Below, one piece after another: positions 10,421 through 20,198 of a DNA stretch of 64,000 nt. Below the pieces are notes generated by a model. It was not told where the DNA came from. It was given only the letters and a program-made list of their open reading frames with translations, and searched no databases. Each line of letters begins with the position of its first letter. Position 1 is the stretch's first letter. This stretch comes from a virus. The translations under genes were made by a program, and so were the position numbers. The stretch covers positions 69,628 to 133,627 of IMG/VR virus record IMGVR_UViG_3300047476_000597; one strand, given 5' to 3'.

Positions 10421-11470
10421 ATGGAAAAAATACAAAAACAGAGTTACAGCATCTCTCCTTTTATTCCTGCTGCATTTGACATAGGACAGAAAAAATACGG
10501 ACAGGTTCTATATGAAGGAGCCAAACAGGTGACATCTCCTACAGCTATCTATGAGAACAAAACTGTTACCTATATAACAGGACTCAATGAGACCGGACCA
10601 GAAGTAATGTCACTACCAGCAGAGGACAGACCTAAGAAGATTCTAGAGATTAGAAAATTTATAGCCCTCTGTGAAAACGAGCTAACTGGTAACTACGATG
10701 TTTCTCCTGATAATGTTGAAGACAAGGCATCGTTTTACAAAAATGTAAAAACATTCAAAAGCGTCATCCCTATAGAAAAAGACGAATATGGATATAATGC
10801 TACTACTATCTGGGATTCTTTTGAGTTAGAGCTTACTAACTACTCTCACATACTAATGAGTGATAACCTAAAAGACCGCATCATAGCTTACATAGCAGCA
10901 GCTGGTGGGTATTCTATGGTTGCAAGTTCTCTATCAGTAGCACAGACTACCGGCAAATACCTATTCTATTTTGATAGTACTGAAGAGTCTGCTAGTGATA
11001 GAATATCCCTGTCTAGAGAACGTAATAAAGCAGGTGCTTTGTTAGAGCTAATGTTAGATAAGAATACTAATAAGCTGTTCTATGTTACTAAACTGATTAG
11101 TAAGAATCCATTGCAATGGAGAACTGGTACCAATGCATCACCTGTTAATCTTATGTATGAAGCATGTGAACGTTTTATAGAAGGTGAAGGCAAGATAACT
11201 AGTAAAAAAGATGCTATTGAGAAATTTTTATCATTGGCATCTCCTAAAAAAGACCAAGATGATCTTCGTATAGAATGCTATATACAGGACGGTTTCTTGT
11301 TAGGACAGCTGCTAGTACAAACAGATGGTACTGTAGTACATGTTCCAACGCACACACCACTAGGAAAAGGAGGAGACAATTTGTTTGCTTATCTAAAAGC
11401 AGGGGGTGAATCAGAACCAGTCTATAAAGCATTAGCAGCAGCTGTTGAAAAAGAATGGAAAGGTGAGTAA
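10421..11470 (+). CDS. Conserved crAss-like protein downstream of the major capsid gene (function unknown)
   Basis: Gene order; YITGLNE motif; 349 aa. Confidence 0.6.
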   Translation: MEKIQKQSYSISPFIPAAFDIGQKKYGQVLYEGAKQVTSPTAIYENKTVTYITGLNETGPEVMSLPAEDRPKKILEIRKFIALCENELTGNYDVSPDNVEDKASFYKNVKTFKSVIPIEKDEYGYNATTIWDSFELELTNYSHILMSDNLKDRIIAYIAAAGGYSMVASSLSVAQTTGKYLFYFDSTEESASDRISLSRERNKAGALLELMLDKNTNKLFYVTKLISKNPLQWRTGTNASPVNLMYEACERFIEGEGKITSKKDAIEKFLSLASPKKDQDDLRIECYIQDGFLLGQLLVQTDGTVVHVPTHTPLGKGGDNLFAYLKAGGESEPVYKALAAAVEKEWKGE

Positions 11471-11487
11471 TCTAATAACTACTACTG

Positions 11488-12192
11488 ATGAATAACAGTA
11501 CTATACAGATTAAGATAAAAGAACGGCTTAATAAGGGAGATTCTGGTGACTATCCAGATCTCCCTTGTTGGGTTATAGCCGAGGCTTTTAATAAAGAACA
11601 ATCAGCTTGGACTAGAGAACAGCTGCAGGGTATTAATGGTCTACGTGCTGGTGCCGAAGGTTCTATTAGACGTATAGATGATTTAGAGCGACTATTAACT
11701 ACCTGGGATATTCCTATGACTGACATGGGTATATACTATGAGTCTACAGTAGGTGTACCAGCTGACTATCTTCAGTATAGTAGGGTGTCTGTTAGTGCTG
11801 TTTGTCCTAGCTGCCCACCTCGACCTATGGTAGTCTATCTAAAACCAGTATCTGATGTAGACATATTGCTGACTAGTCAAACTGAGCGACCTAGTTATGA
11901 GTGGAGAGAAACATTCTGTACTATGGCTGGTAACAATATCAGGATATATACCAATAACGAGTTTGGTCTTACTACGCCCTATCTTATATACTATAGACAA
12001 CCTAGGAATATAGAGATACTCGGATGTGTAGACCCATACACCGGCAATCCTGTTACTGTGGATGTAGAATCAGAACTACCAGACTCAGTAATAGAGATTA
12101 TCATTGATCGGGCAGCTGGTCTAGTAGGTGGGGACATAGAGAACAGTTTTCAGGTTCAACGCAATAATCAAGATGCTCAACAATCTACCTAA
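11488..12192 (+). CDS. Head-tail connector / ring protein (crAss-like)
   Basis: RRIDDLERLL, PSYEWRETF, YYRQP and ELPDSVIEIIIDRAA segments typical of crAss ring proteins; gene order. Confidence 0.7.
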   Translation: MNNSTIQIKIKERLNKGDSGDYPDLPCWVIAEAFNKEQSAWTREQLQGINGLRAGAEGSIRRIDDLERLLTTWDIPMTDMGIYYESTVGVPADYLQYSRVSVSAVCPSCPPRPMVVYLKPVSDVDILLTSQTERPSYEWRETFCTMAGNNIRIYTNNEFGLTTPYLIYYRQPRNIEILGCVDPYTGNPVTVDVESELPDSVIEIIIDRAAGLVGGDIENSFQVQRNNQDAQQST

Positions 12193-13667
12193 TGGTATCA
12201 GGTCTAGTATTTAAAGGAAAATGGAATGCATATAGTAACATAGCCACATTAACCAACAATGTTAATGTGGTTAATGCTTTACAGGACGGTGTAGGAACAT
12301 TAGGAGATGCTTATATTGTATATGCACTCAATAATGCCACATCGTATAATATATGGGACAGAGACCTTGGTTCTGGTTCTAAGAGCTGGATAGCACTATC
12401 TTACATATACTACGATGGGTCACAATGGAATCCATTAGAGTACTCTGGTGGAGGAGGCTCAGGCACTGTTAGTAATGTAGCCACATCTGCTCCTATAACA
12501 GGAGGTCCTATTACTACTACAGGAACAATAGGGATAACAAAAGCTAATACTAGTACAGATGGTTATCTAGACAAGGTAGATTGGAATACCTTTAATAATA
12601 AGGCAGATCTACCTATAGACCTTGCATCTGATGTTACTGGCAATCTTCCTGTTGCTAATCTTAATAATGGTACTGGTGCCGGCAGTACTACATTCTGGAG
12701 AGGAGATGCTACATGGGCCACACCAGCTGGTACTAGTCCTGGTGGTTCTAATACTCAGGTACAGTATAATAACGCTGGTTCTTTTGGTGGAGCTGCTAAT
12801 GTTAATATAGATACTGATGGTAGATTATTATTACCAGTGTCTACTGCCCTACCTACAGTGTCAGCTGGCGGTAAACCTTACGCTGATACTAATAGTGGAT
12901 TAGCACAATTAAGATGGTTACCACAATTAGGTATAGATGCTCCTTTGCAAAGAAAATTAGGATATGGTACAATAGGTATAGCTACACCTGCAGCTACTGG
13001 TACATTGTTTGCTGAGGGGCACTTTGCTGGTGCAGCTTTACAAAATACTGCTGGTACTACTACTAATAAAACATATAGTAATACAAGCGTTCTTAGTTGC
13101 AAAACAAGATATATAATGGCTGCTTCTACAGCTGCTAACCAGGTAGTAACCGTTAGAATGGGTAATACAGCTCCTAGTGGGCTTATTATAAATGACAGTG
13201 CTTATGGAGGCGGTACTCTTCTTACCATGACAATAGGTTTTCCTGTTTATAGTTCTGGCCAAAGGATATTTATGGGTTATCAGACACTTACTTCTAATAT
13301 TAGTGGTACAGTAGATATCTCTACTTTGGTCAACATGTTTGGTATAGGAAAAGATGTTGCTGACAGTACTTTACAATGGATGCACAATGATGCTACTGGT
13401 ACAGCCACAAAATCATCCACAGGAGTAACAGTTAATACTAATAATATCTATATAATAGAGATTTTTGTTCCTTCTAATAGTACTACAATATATGGAGTTT
13501 TGTATGAAATGACTAATGCTTCGTGTACAGTAGTTAGTTCTTATAGCACAAGTTCCAATATACCAGCTGTTGGTACTAGATTATATTTTCAGCAGTTTAT
13601 AGGGAATGCAACCACTGGTGTTGCAACCTCCCTAGCAGTTATAACAACAGTAGAAGAAAATTATTAA
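12192..13667 (+). CDS. Fibre-like virion protein
   Basis: G/T/S-rich; TSAPITGGPITTTGTIGI, FWRGDATW and PGGSNTQVQYNNAGSFGG segments recur in phage fibre proteins. Confidence 0.6.
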   Translation: MVSGLVFKGKWNAYSNIATLTNNVNVVNALQDGVGTLGDAYIVYALNNATSYNIWDRDLGSGSKSWIALSYIYYDGSQWNPLEYSGGGGSGTVSNVATSAPITGGPITTTGTIGITKANTSTDGYLDKVDWNTFNNKADLPIDLASDVTGNLPVANLNNGTGAGSTTFWRGDATWATPAGTSPGGSNTQVQYNNAGSFGGAANVNIDTDGRLLLPVSTALPTVSAGGKPYADTNSGLAQLRWLPQLGIDAPLQRKLGYGTIGIATPAATGTLFAEGHFAGAALQNTAGTTTNKTYSNTSVLSCKTRYIMAASTAANQVVTVRMGNTAPSGLIINDSAYGGGTLLTMTIGFPVYSSGQRIFMGYQTLTSNISGTVDISTLVNMFGIGKDVADSTLQWMHNDATGTATKSSTGVTVNTNNIYIIEIFVPSNSTTIYGVLYEMTNASCTVVSSYSTSSNIPAVGTRLYFQQFIGNATTGVATSLAVITTVEENY

Positions 13668-13669
13668 TT

Positions 13670-13936
13670 ATGAATAAACTGATAGAGCCAAAGTTAATAA
13701 ATGACCAATGGGCAACTTCCATAGAAATTTGGCAGACTTTTAATAGTATGGAACTTAATGTAGATATTGGAGGTCATGCTCTTATACAGTACACTATCTT
13801 AACTTCTTTAGGAAGTTCTATTACTAGTGGTCATATTAGATTAGACGGTGAGACATATACAATATGGACAGGAGATTATCAATATGCAGCTGATTATATA
13901 GCTGCAGAGTTAGATATTGCTTTTTTATCAGAATAA
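13670..13936 (+). CDS. Small hypothetical protein, possible fibre chaperone
   Basis: 88 aa, tightly packed after the fibre gene. Confidence 0.5.
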   Translation: MNKLIEPKLINDQWATSIEIWQTFNSMELNVDIGGHALIQYTILTSLGSSITSGHIRLDGETYTIWTGDYQYAADYIAAELDIAFLSE

Positions 13937-13941
13937 AACAC

Positions 13942-13950
13942 TATCTTTAA
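13942..13950 (+). promoter_or_regulatory. TATCTTTAA motif 3 nt before ATG 13954
   Basis: Exact intergenic copy. Confidence 0.55.
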
Positions 13951-13953
13951 CAT

Positions 13954-15393
13954 ATGGCACTAAGAGATCAGAATCCTAAAAACCTAGCATTTGCTTCCAA
14001 AGTAGATTGGAGTGTTGCTTGGATTGAGATATTAAAAGGACAGGTATGGGGACTAGAACAAAATGGTGGAGGTGGTTCTCTACAGGTTAACTCTGATTGG
14101 GATGCTACTAGTGGTGTAGCTGCGATACTCAATAAACCTAATGTAGTTGAGAATCCTTTTACAGAAGATATTAGTGCTGGTAGTTTTAAAATAACTAGTT
14201 TAGCTACACCTACAGCAGGTATGGACGCTGTTAATAAAGCGTATGTAGATACTTTTGTGCAAGGTCTATCGCCTAAAACAGCAGTTAGAGTGGCTACTAC
14301 AGTAACATTGGTTGGTACATATAACAATGGTGCCGGTACTTTTACCATGACTGCTACAGGTGTACTTACTGTAGATGGGATTAATCTTTTGCTGGGAGAT
14401 AGGGTACTTATAAAAGATCAGGTAGATCAGTCACAGAATGGTATATACAGTGTTACAACAGAAGGAATTATAGGAATAGCTACAGTATTTACTAGAACTA
14501 CAGATGCTGATACAGGAACAGAATTAGTATCTGCTTATGTACAAACAGGTTCAGAGGGATCTACACAAGCTAACAAAGGTTACACACAAGCTACTCCTAG
14601 TCCTATAACAATAGGTACATCTCCTATTGTATGGAATCTTTTTAATAGTAATACATATGGAGATGGTACTGGTATCACTATTGGTTCTGGTAATCTAATA
14701 AATTCCAATTTGTCTACAGGGGTACCCGGTCCTGGTAATACAGGACAGCCTGTTAGGGGAGGTACTACATCTGAAGGTGCTCTTACTATAGTAGGTTCTA
14801 TATCTACTGATCCACGTACTACTACAGCACCGGCTGTTATTGTTAGTAGTGCTGGCCCTTTAGGAGATGACAATACTGCTCAGGTACATATGTCAATACC
14901 TGTTACAGTTGCCCAAACTAGTACTGCTGGATATACTGGTCTTAAACTAGCTGTTACTGAAACATCGTTGGGTAGTGGTACTAAGAATCTTATGGAACTA
15001 CTAGCTGGTGCAGCTGGTACTTCTTCTAGGTTTGCAGTAGCTAATACGGGTACAATTACCGTAGTCTCTGGTGCTAATAGATTCGCTTTTAATACTAGAG
15101 AGGTAACAGCAGCTACTGATACATTTGTAATAGGAGATAATGAAGGTACTATTTTTGGTAATAGAGCTACTGCTCAGACCTTTACAGTTCCTCTTAATAG
15201 TTCTGTAGCTTTTCCTATAGGAGCTCGTATAGATATTATACAAAAAGGAGCTGGTAAGATTACTATAGCTGGACCTGGTGTTACAATAAACTCACAAGGT
15301 GGGTTTTTGTCTGTAGGTGCTCAATATGTAGGAGTGACTCTTATTAAAGAAGCTATAAATACATGGTACTTAATCGGCAATTTAATCACATAA
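13954..15393 (+). CDS. Fibre-like virion protein
   Basis: QVNSDWDATSG, DAVNKAYVD and DRVLIKDQ..QNGIY segments and a C-terminal TVP..VAFPIG..QKGAG domain common in phage fibres. Confidence 0.65.
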   Translation: MALRDQNPKNLAFASKVDWSVAWIEILKGQVWGLEQNGGGGSLQVNSDWDATSGVAAILNKPNVVENPFTEDISAGSFKITSLATPTAGMDAVNKAYVDTFVQGLSPKTAVRVATTVTLVGTYNNGAGTFTMTATGVLTVDGINLLLGDRVLIKDQVDQSQNGIYSVTTEGIIGIATVFTRTTDADTGTELVSAYVQTGSEGSTQANKGYTQATPSPITIGTSPIVWNLFNSNTYGDGTGITIGSGNLINSNLSTGVPGPGNTGQPVRGGTTSEGALTIVGSISTDPRTTTAPAVIVSSAGPLGDDNTAQVHMSIPVTVAQTSTAGYTGLKLAVTETSLGSGTKNLMELLAGAAGTSSRFAVANTGTITVVSGANRFAFNTREVTAATDTFVIGDNEGTIFGNRATAQTFTVPLNSSVAFPIGARIDIIQKGAGKITIAGPGVTINSQGGFLSVGAQYVGVTLIKEAINTWYLIGNLIT

Positions 15394-15394
15394 T

Positions 15395-16048
15395 ATGGCG
15401 TTCTCTATAGGAATATTATCGGCAGCTAGTTCATCTAGGGTATATGCTACACTAGACCCAGTAAGAAAAAGCCCTAATGTTACTGTTACTGGCAGTAATC
15501 TTACTGGTAATGGCACCACTACTGCTGTAGGTGTTGGTATAGCTACTATAGGAAAAAGTAGTGGCAAATGGTATTGGGAGGCTACTGTTAATAACTGTAA
15601 TCAGACTACCTATGGAAAGATTGGTGTAACTAATATACTAATGGTGCCTCCTTATAATTTACCTAATTCGTTAGGTGGAGGAGGTACTAGTGGCACTGGA
15701 ACAGTTGGTTATTGGGGTAGTGGGGCAGCTAATGGAACAACAAAGGCAAGCTATAATTTTGCAGGTTCTTCTGTTTTAGTTAATGGAAATGGGGGACAAA
15801 TAGTTAATGGAGATGTGTTAAGTGTGGCACTTGACCTATCTACTAACAATGTTAGTTTTTACAGAAATGGCACATTAGCCTGTACTATAGCATTGTCAGC
15901 TTCTACTTGGTATCCAGCTTTTGCAACTACGGCTATTAACCCAGTAACATCAGTTACATTTAATTTTGGTCAGAATGCTTGGAGTGCTACTACAGCTGGA
16001 ATAAGAGCTACATTATTTGCTAGTGGATATACAATAGGATTATACTAA
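15395..16048 (+). CDS. SPRY/B30.2 (ConA-like) domain protein
   Basis: TLDP, SSGKWYWE, GDVLSVALDL, FYRNG, WYPA and FNFGQ SPRY motifs. Confidence 0.8.
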   Translation: MAFSIGILSAASSSRVYATLDPVRKSPNVTVTGSNLTGNGTTTAVGVGIATIGKSSGKWYWEATVNNCNQTTYGKIGVTNILMVPPYNLPNSLGGGGTSGTGTVGYWGSGAANGTTKASYNFAGSSVLVNGNGGQIVNGDVLSVALDLSTNNVSFYRNGTLACTIALSASTWYPAFATTAINPVTSVTFNFGQNAWSATTAGIRATLFASGYTIGLY

Positions 16049-16060
16049 ACTACATAACAT

Positions 16061-16375
16061 ATGAACATTTCACAAAATTTTTACGATCTTGTAGACATTG
16101 CAACAGACACTATAGATGCTATAGGTCCACTAGTTATTACCCCTACTAATGCTTATGCATTATCTCAACAGATGCCAGGGCTATTTTCTATAGAAAAAAA
16201 TCCTAACGGAAAAGACAAACTATGTGTGCCTAAGATAGATGGAGAGCCATTAGACTTGTCTGTTAATATTAACACGACAGATGCCTATATAGCGTCTCCT
16301 GAGCCGTTTATACCGGTATATGTAATAGGCCCACACCCAGTTCGTATTTTTACATTGAAACCAGGAGGCAAATAA
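16061..16375 (+). CDS. Hypothetical protein
   Basis: 104-aa ORF, translationally coupled to the next gene (TAATG). Confidence 0.55.
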   Translation: MNISQNFYDLVDIATDTIDAIGPLVITPTNAYALSQQMPGLFSIEKNPNGKDKLCVPKIDGEPLDLSVNINTTDAYIASPEPFIPVYVIGPHPVRIFTLKPGGK

Positions 16376-17178
16376 TGAAAAAACTAGCTATAGGAATAAA
16401 AGAACAGTTTTGGTCCTTTATAATATACTATGGTCAAGAGATAAAAAGAGTACAGTGGTATGATAAACTAATCATACTGCTGTTCTTTTTACGTCCTATT
16501 AGTATTCCTTATGGTAGTGAGGTGATACCACAGCTACAGGAGTATGAGTACACATATCAGGAGTTCTGGTATTATTTTTCTTCTCGTCTTTTGGAGGTTT
16601 GTTTTATTTGGTCTATCTTTAAGAAAACAACACATAATATTGTTTTTCTAAGTTTCCTTTTACTAGGCATTGGAGCAGTAATAAAAGAGTTTACTGCTAC
16701 TACTTTTAGTTGGAACACCGAACAGTTTGTGTGGTTGTTTTCAGTGTTTTTATATACTTACGTCTATCATGTAATATCAGAAAAAAGATTAGATAAAAAA
16801 GAAAAACAACTAACAATGGATAATAAAAACTTGTTTGATTTTTGGTGGTCTGATGTGTGGGCCGTTATACTAAAACATCTCTCTATTATTGGACTACTAT
16901 TGTTAGGATTAGTAGGAAAATTCTCTTACGATTTTCTGCAAAATAAGAAATTTACAATAGGTTACATACTAGCCAATAGTGGTATATCTATTTTTGGAGG
17001 TTGGTTAGCTTCAGGGGTTATTGATAGGTTCTCTCCTGAAAACAGGAATGTTCTTATTCCTATAGCTACTATGTTAGCCTATAACTTTGTATCAGCCCTT
17101 ATGAGTGTAAACTGGGAGGCTGTTGCTAACAGGGAATGGAGAAAAGCATTTGATATACTACTAAAAAAGAAAGACTAA
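16375..17178 (+). CDS. Multi-pass membrane protein; C-terminal half holin-like
   Basis: Several hydrophobic helices, basic C-terminus, adjacent to lysis-type genes; possible internal start at 16816. Confidence 0.55.
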   Translation: MKKLAIGIKEQFWSFIIYYGQEIKRVQWYDKLIILLFFLRPISIPYGSEVIPQLQEYEYTYQEFWYYFSSRLLEVCFIWSIFKKTTHNIVFLSFLLLGIGAVIKEFTATTFSWNTEQFVWLFSVFLYTYVYHVISEKRLDKKEKQLTMDNKNLFDFWWSDVWAVILKHLSIIGLLLLGLVGKFSYDFLQNKKFTIGYILANSGISIFGGWLASGVIDRFSPENRNVLIPIATMLAYNFVSALMSVNWEAVANREWRKAFDILLKKKD

Positions 17179-17432
17179 TGGCTGTTTCTAGTAACAATGG
17201 TGGTATGGATCCCACTAGAATATTTTGGTTTATAGCAGGTTCTTGTGGGTTTGTATTTTTGTACATAACAGCAATTACTTTTATTCCTATACCAGAGAGT
17301 AACATACGTTTTGTAGATATTGCTTTATCATTTCTAATGGGTACCGTATTAGGTAACTCTAACGGTTATTTACTAGGTGGATCTCCTGAAAAGAAAAAAG
17401 AAGACAAAAAAGATGAAAACACTAATAACTGA
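17178..17432 (+). CDS. Holin-like protein (2 TM)
   Basis: Two hydrophobic helices, FLMGTVLG..GY.LGGS motif, charged C-terminus. Confidence 0.6.
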   Translation: MAVSSNNGGMDPTRIFWFIAGSCGFVFLYITAITFIPIPESNIRFVDIALSFLMGTVLGNSNGYLLGGSPEKKKEDKKDENTNN

Positions 17433-17775
17433 TAATCGTTTTATAGCCTTTCTTTTAGTGTTGCTAATAATAGCTGTGTATCTACTATCTACAAAAGAAA
17501 AAACTACATATAGTACTGGTTATCAACAGCTGCTCGATTCTATTAATACCATACAGCTAGGATATGATAGAAGGTTGCAAGAACTACAACAACAGTATAC
17601 GGATGATAGTGAACGTGCAGCTGTATTACAGACTATAGTTCCTACATACACTACAGCTGCTACTAACATAAAAACAAAGCACAATGAGATACGTCATTCT
17701 TACAACAATCTTCCTACTGATAGTCAGCTGGTCTTTTTCTCAAACTGGCTATCCAAAGAAGCTAGTACTAGATAA
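17413..17775 (+). CDS. Inner-membrane spanin-like protein
   Basis: ATG 17413 (MKTLITDNRFIAFLLVLLIIAVYLL), single N-terminal TM and coiled coil; overlaps the next ORF. Confidence 0.55.
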   Translation: MKTLITDNRFIAFLLVLLIIAVYLLSTKEKTTYSTGYQQLLDSINTIQLGYDRRLQELQQQYTDDSERAAVLQTIVPTYTTAATNIKTKHNEIRHSYNNLPTDSQLVFFSNWLSKEASTR

Positions 17776-18109
17776 CGGAGATACGGTTATTGCTATTACT
17801 ATTCAGCAGATGAATACATCATCTCTTGTGTATTTGCAGTATAAAGAATACAAAGAGCTCAACGATAGTCTACTACTGTATATGGACAGCTGTACTGCTT
17901 TGGTTAGCATACTCAACAGAATGAACAGCAACCTTAATCAGCAGCTGGTTGTTACTGATAGCCTTGTAGCTGGTAAGAATCATATAATAACAGAGGCTAC
18001 TAAGACTATAAAAAAGCAAGATAGGAGTATACGTAAACTACATATTGGTAACAGAGTATTGTATGGTATAGTAGCCGGATTATCACTAGCTGTATTACTA
18101 CTATTGTGA
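17684..18109 (+). CDS. Spanin partner-like protein (signal peptide, coiled coil, C-terminal TM)
   Basis: Overlaps the previous gene by 92 nt in another frame; signal ends SWSFS|Q; C-terminus YGIVAGLSLAVLLLL. Confidence 0.5.
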   Translation: MRYVILTTIFLLIVSWSFSQTGYPKKLVLDNGDTVIAITIQQMNTSSLVYLQYKEYKELNDSLLLYMDSCTALVSILNRMNSNLNQQLVVTDSLVAGKNHIITEATKTIKKQDRSIRKLHIGNRVLYGIVAGLSLAVLLLL

Positions 18110-18177
18110 TTTATAGCTATTTCTTTCTCTTACTGCAAAAACATTATTATGTTGCAGTTTAGCTAATGTTTTCTTTA

Positions 18178-18186
18178 TATCTTTAA
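18178..18186 (+). promoter_or_regulatory. TATCTTTAA motif upstream of the auxiliary capsid-like gene
   Basis: Exact intergenic copy. Confidence 0.65.
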
Positions 18187-18220
18187 TCCGAGGGATTGTC
18201 CTCACTAAAATTTTGTAAAA

Positions 18221-19543
18221 ATGACTAATGCACATGTTTTTAAGATGGAGTTTCTTGCTTCCACTACAGGAGGAGTAATTAACCTAGCACCATCTGGTAC
18301 TAATTTTTATGACCTGAGTAACGTACCTGGTCAGGTAGGTGTGTTTCCTACAGATTCCTACGGTATCTACAGTGTAGCTACTACAACAGCTACTGCACAA
18401 GATATTGTAATAGCAGCTGGTAGTTATATGACTACTGATATGATAACTCCGTATCTAGGAGGCTATCAAGAAACACCTGCATCTAAAAGGATTCAGTTGA
18501 ATCTAGTTACAAGGTTTGTTCATGATATTGCACATACTGGTCAACAGCAGAAGGTAGCTATTGGTTGGGATATGTCAGTAACCGGTGATACTGCAGATAT
18601 AGGCCCACGTTTCTTCTGTGGTCAGACCTATACTATCTTTGTACAGGTATTAGGAGATCCTGCTTTCCAGACGTTCTTGAAAGCAATGTATAATGAGTTT
18701 GAGGCTTGGGGTGGATGTTGCACTACAGGTTGTGCTACTGGTTGTACGTCAGATTATACAGATCCTGTGTGCATCATGCTTCAGTGGAAAGACCGTATGT
18801 ATCAAACACCAATGTGGTGTCCTATTACTGGTAGATGGGCTGGTTTTATATTACCAAAGGTCTATTGGAATAATAGCGGAGTGAAAACAGAAGCATTCTC
18901 TGCTCTTGATGTTCAAGAAGGTCGTGCTGGAGTTAACACCGAGTATCTATGTGATACTACCAACCCAGAAACGATTGTAGCTGGTATGGAGATTACTGTA
19001 GCTTATCTTGATACAACCTTTGGTACATGTACATGGTCTTATACAGATTCTTACAACATATCACCTGCATACATACAAGCTACACTGAAAACACAGGATT
19101 TTGACCCCTGTGCTATCAATACCACTATCAATACCTCAGTACCTAATATGTTTACAGAGCTACAAGCTCCTAGACAAGCTAAAGGTGTAGGTAACACTGT
19201 TATCAAAGGGTTGATAGAATCTGGTAACTACAGACAAGAGCTGTTTGCTGATGGTAACTGGACTATGAGTCTACGTATGAGAGAGATAGAAGGTAACAAC
19301 CCTGTATCTGATGTTACAACTGCTTCTGGTCTTGCTAACGGTAATGCTGGTCTTTTTGATAAGGTAGTACTAGAACATCAGGTACCTCGTAAAAGAAACG
19401 CAACAAGTGTTTATGATGTAGACTATTATATCATAATCATGCATGTACCTAATGGTACGAATGTTGATCCTTATACTAACCTTATATCAGCGTGTTTGTC
19501 AGCAGCTGGTAGTAATGTTACACTGGAAACACAACAACTATAA
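18221..19543 (+). CDS. Abundant structural protein, probably crAss-like auxiliary capsid protein
   Basis: 440 aa with its own promoter motif and terminator; FFCGQTY and PRQAKGVG segments. Confidence 0.6.
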   Translation: MTNAHVFKMEFLASTTGGVINLAPSGTNFYDLSNVPGQVGVFPTDSYGIYSVATTTATAQDIVIAAGSYMTTDMITPYLGGYQETPASKRIQLNLVTRFVHDIAHTGQQQKVAIGWDMSVTGDTADIGPRFFCGQTYTIFVQVLGDPAFQTFLKAMYNEFEAWGGCCTTGCATGCTSDYTDPVCIMLQWKDRMYQTPMWCPITGRWAGFILPKVYWNNSGVKTEAFSALDVQEGRAGVNTEYLCDTTNPETIVAGMEITVAYLDTTFGTCTWSYTDSYNISPAYIQATLKTQDFDPCAINTTINTSVPNMFTELQAPRQAKGVGNTVIKGLIESGNYRQELFADGNWTMSLRMREIEGNNPVSDVTTASGLANGNAGLFDKVVLEHQVPRKRNATSVYDVDYYIIIMHVPNGTNVDPYTNLISACLSAAGSNVTLETQQL

Positions 19544-19565
19544 TAACACTGCGTATCATCACAAT

Positions 19566-19597
19566 AAAGGGGAGTACTACAATACTCCCCTTTTTTT
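19566..19597 (+). terminator. Intrinsic terminator
   Basis: AAAGGGGAGTA-ctacaa-TACTCCCCTTT followed by a T-run. Confidence 0.88.
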
Positions 19598-19630
19598 CTT
19601 AAAAACTTTTTTCTTATTCTGTTATTGTTG

Positions 19631-19639
19631 TATCTTTAA
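19631..19639 (+). promoter_or_regulatory. TATCTTTAA motif 6 nt before ATG 19646
   Basis: Exact copy just after the terminator. Confidence 0.65.
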
Positions 19640-19645
19640 TCTGTC

Positions 19646-20197
19646 ATGGGAAAACACATTCTTGCTCTCAACGTACCTACTATCTATAATCCAGGTATAC
19701 TGGTTGTAGAAGACATATCTGTGTACGACAGTATACTACCTGTTTCATGTGAAACATTGCAGATAGTATACCCAGGTGGTTCAAGAGCTGTTCAGATTTC
19801 TGTTACTAAGGAGTTTAGGTCGGTACTCAATGCCTGTACACTAGGCTATACAATATCTACAGCATGTACTACCAGCTGTCCAGAAATACCGGATGGTATA
19901 TACAACATACAGTACAGTGTATCTCCTAATGACAAGGTGTTTGTAGAGTATAACCATCTACGTACAACAGCTGTTCTTAATAGGTGGAATAACATGCTGT
20001 GTAGGTTAGATATGAAAGCATGTCTACCGGGTAAAGAAGAAGAGTACCAGTTGCAACAGTTGTACATGATAAAAGGATTCATAGATAGTGCAAAAGCAGC
20101 TGTAGAGGTTTGTCATAGGAACGAGGATGGTATTAACCTACTCAGATATGCAGAACATCTAATGGATAAGATGAGTTTTAAAAACCCAATATGTTAA
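19646..20197 (+). CDS. Conserved crAss-like structural protein (tail-associated)
   Basis: DISVY and IPDGIYNIQYSVSP segments; gene order. Confidence 0.55.
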   Translation: MGKHILALNVPTIYNPGILVVEDISVYDSILPVSCETLQIVYPGGSRAVQISVTKEFRSVLNACTLGYTISTACTTSCPEIPDGIYNIQYSVSPNDKVFVEYNHLRTTAVLNRWNNMLCRLDMKACLPGKEEEYQLQQLYMIKGFIDSAKAAVEVCHRNEDGINLLRYAEHLMDKMSFKNPIC

Positions 20198-20198
20198 T

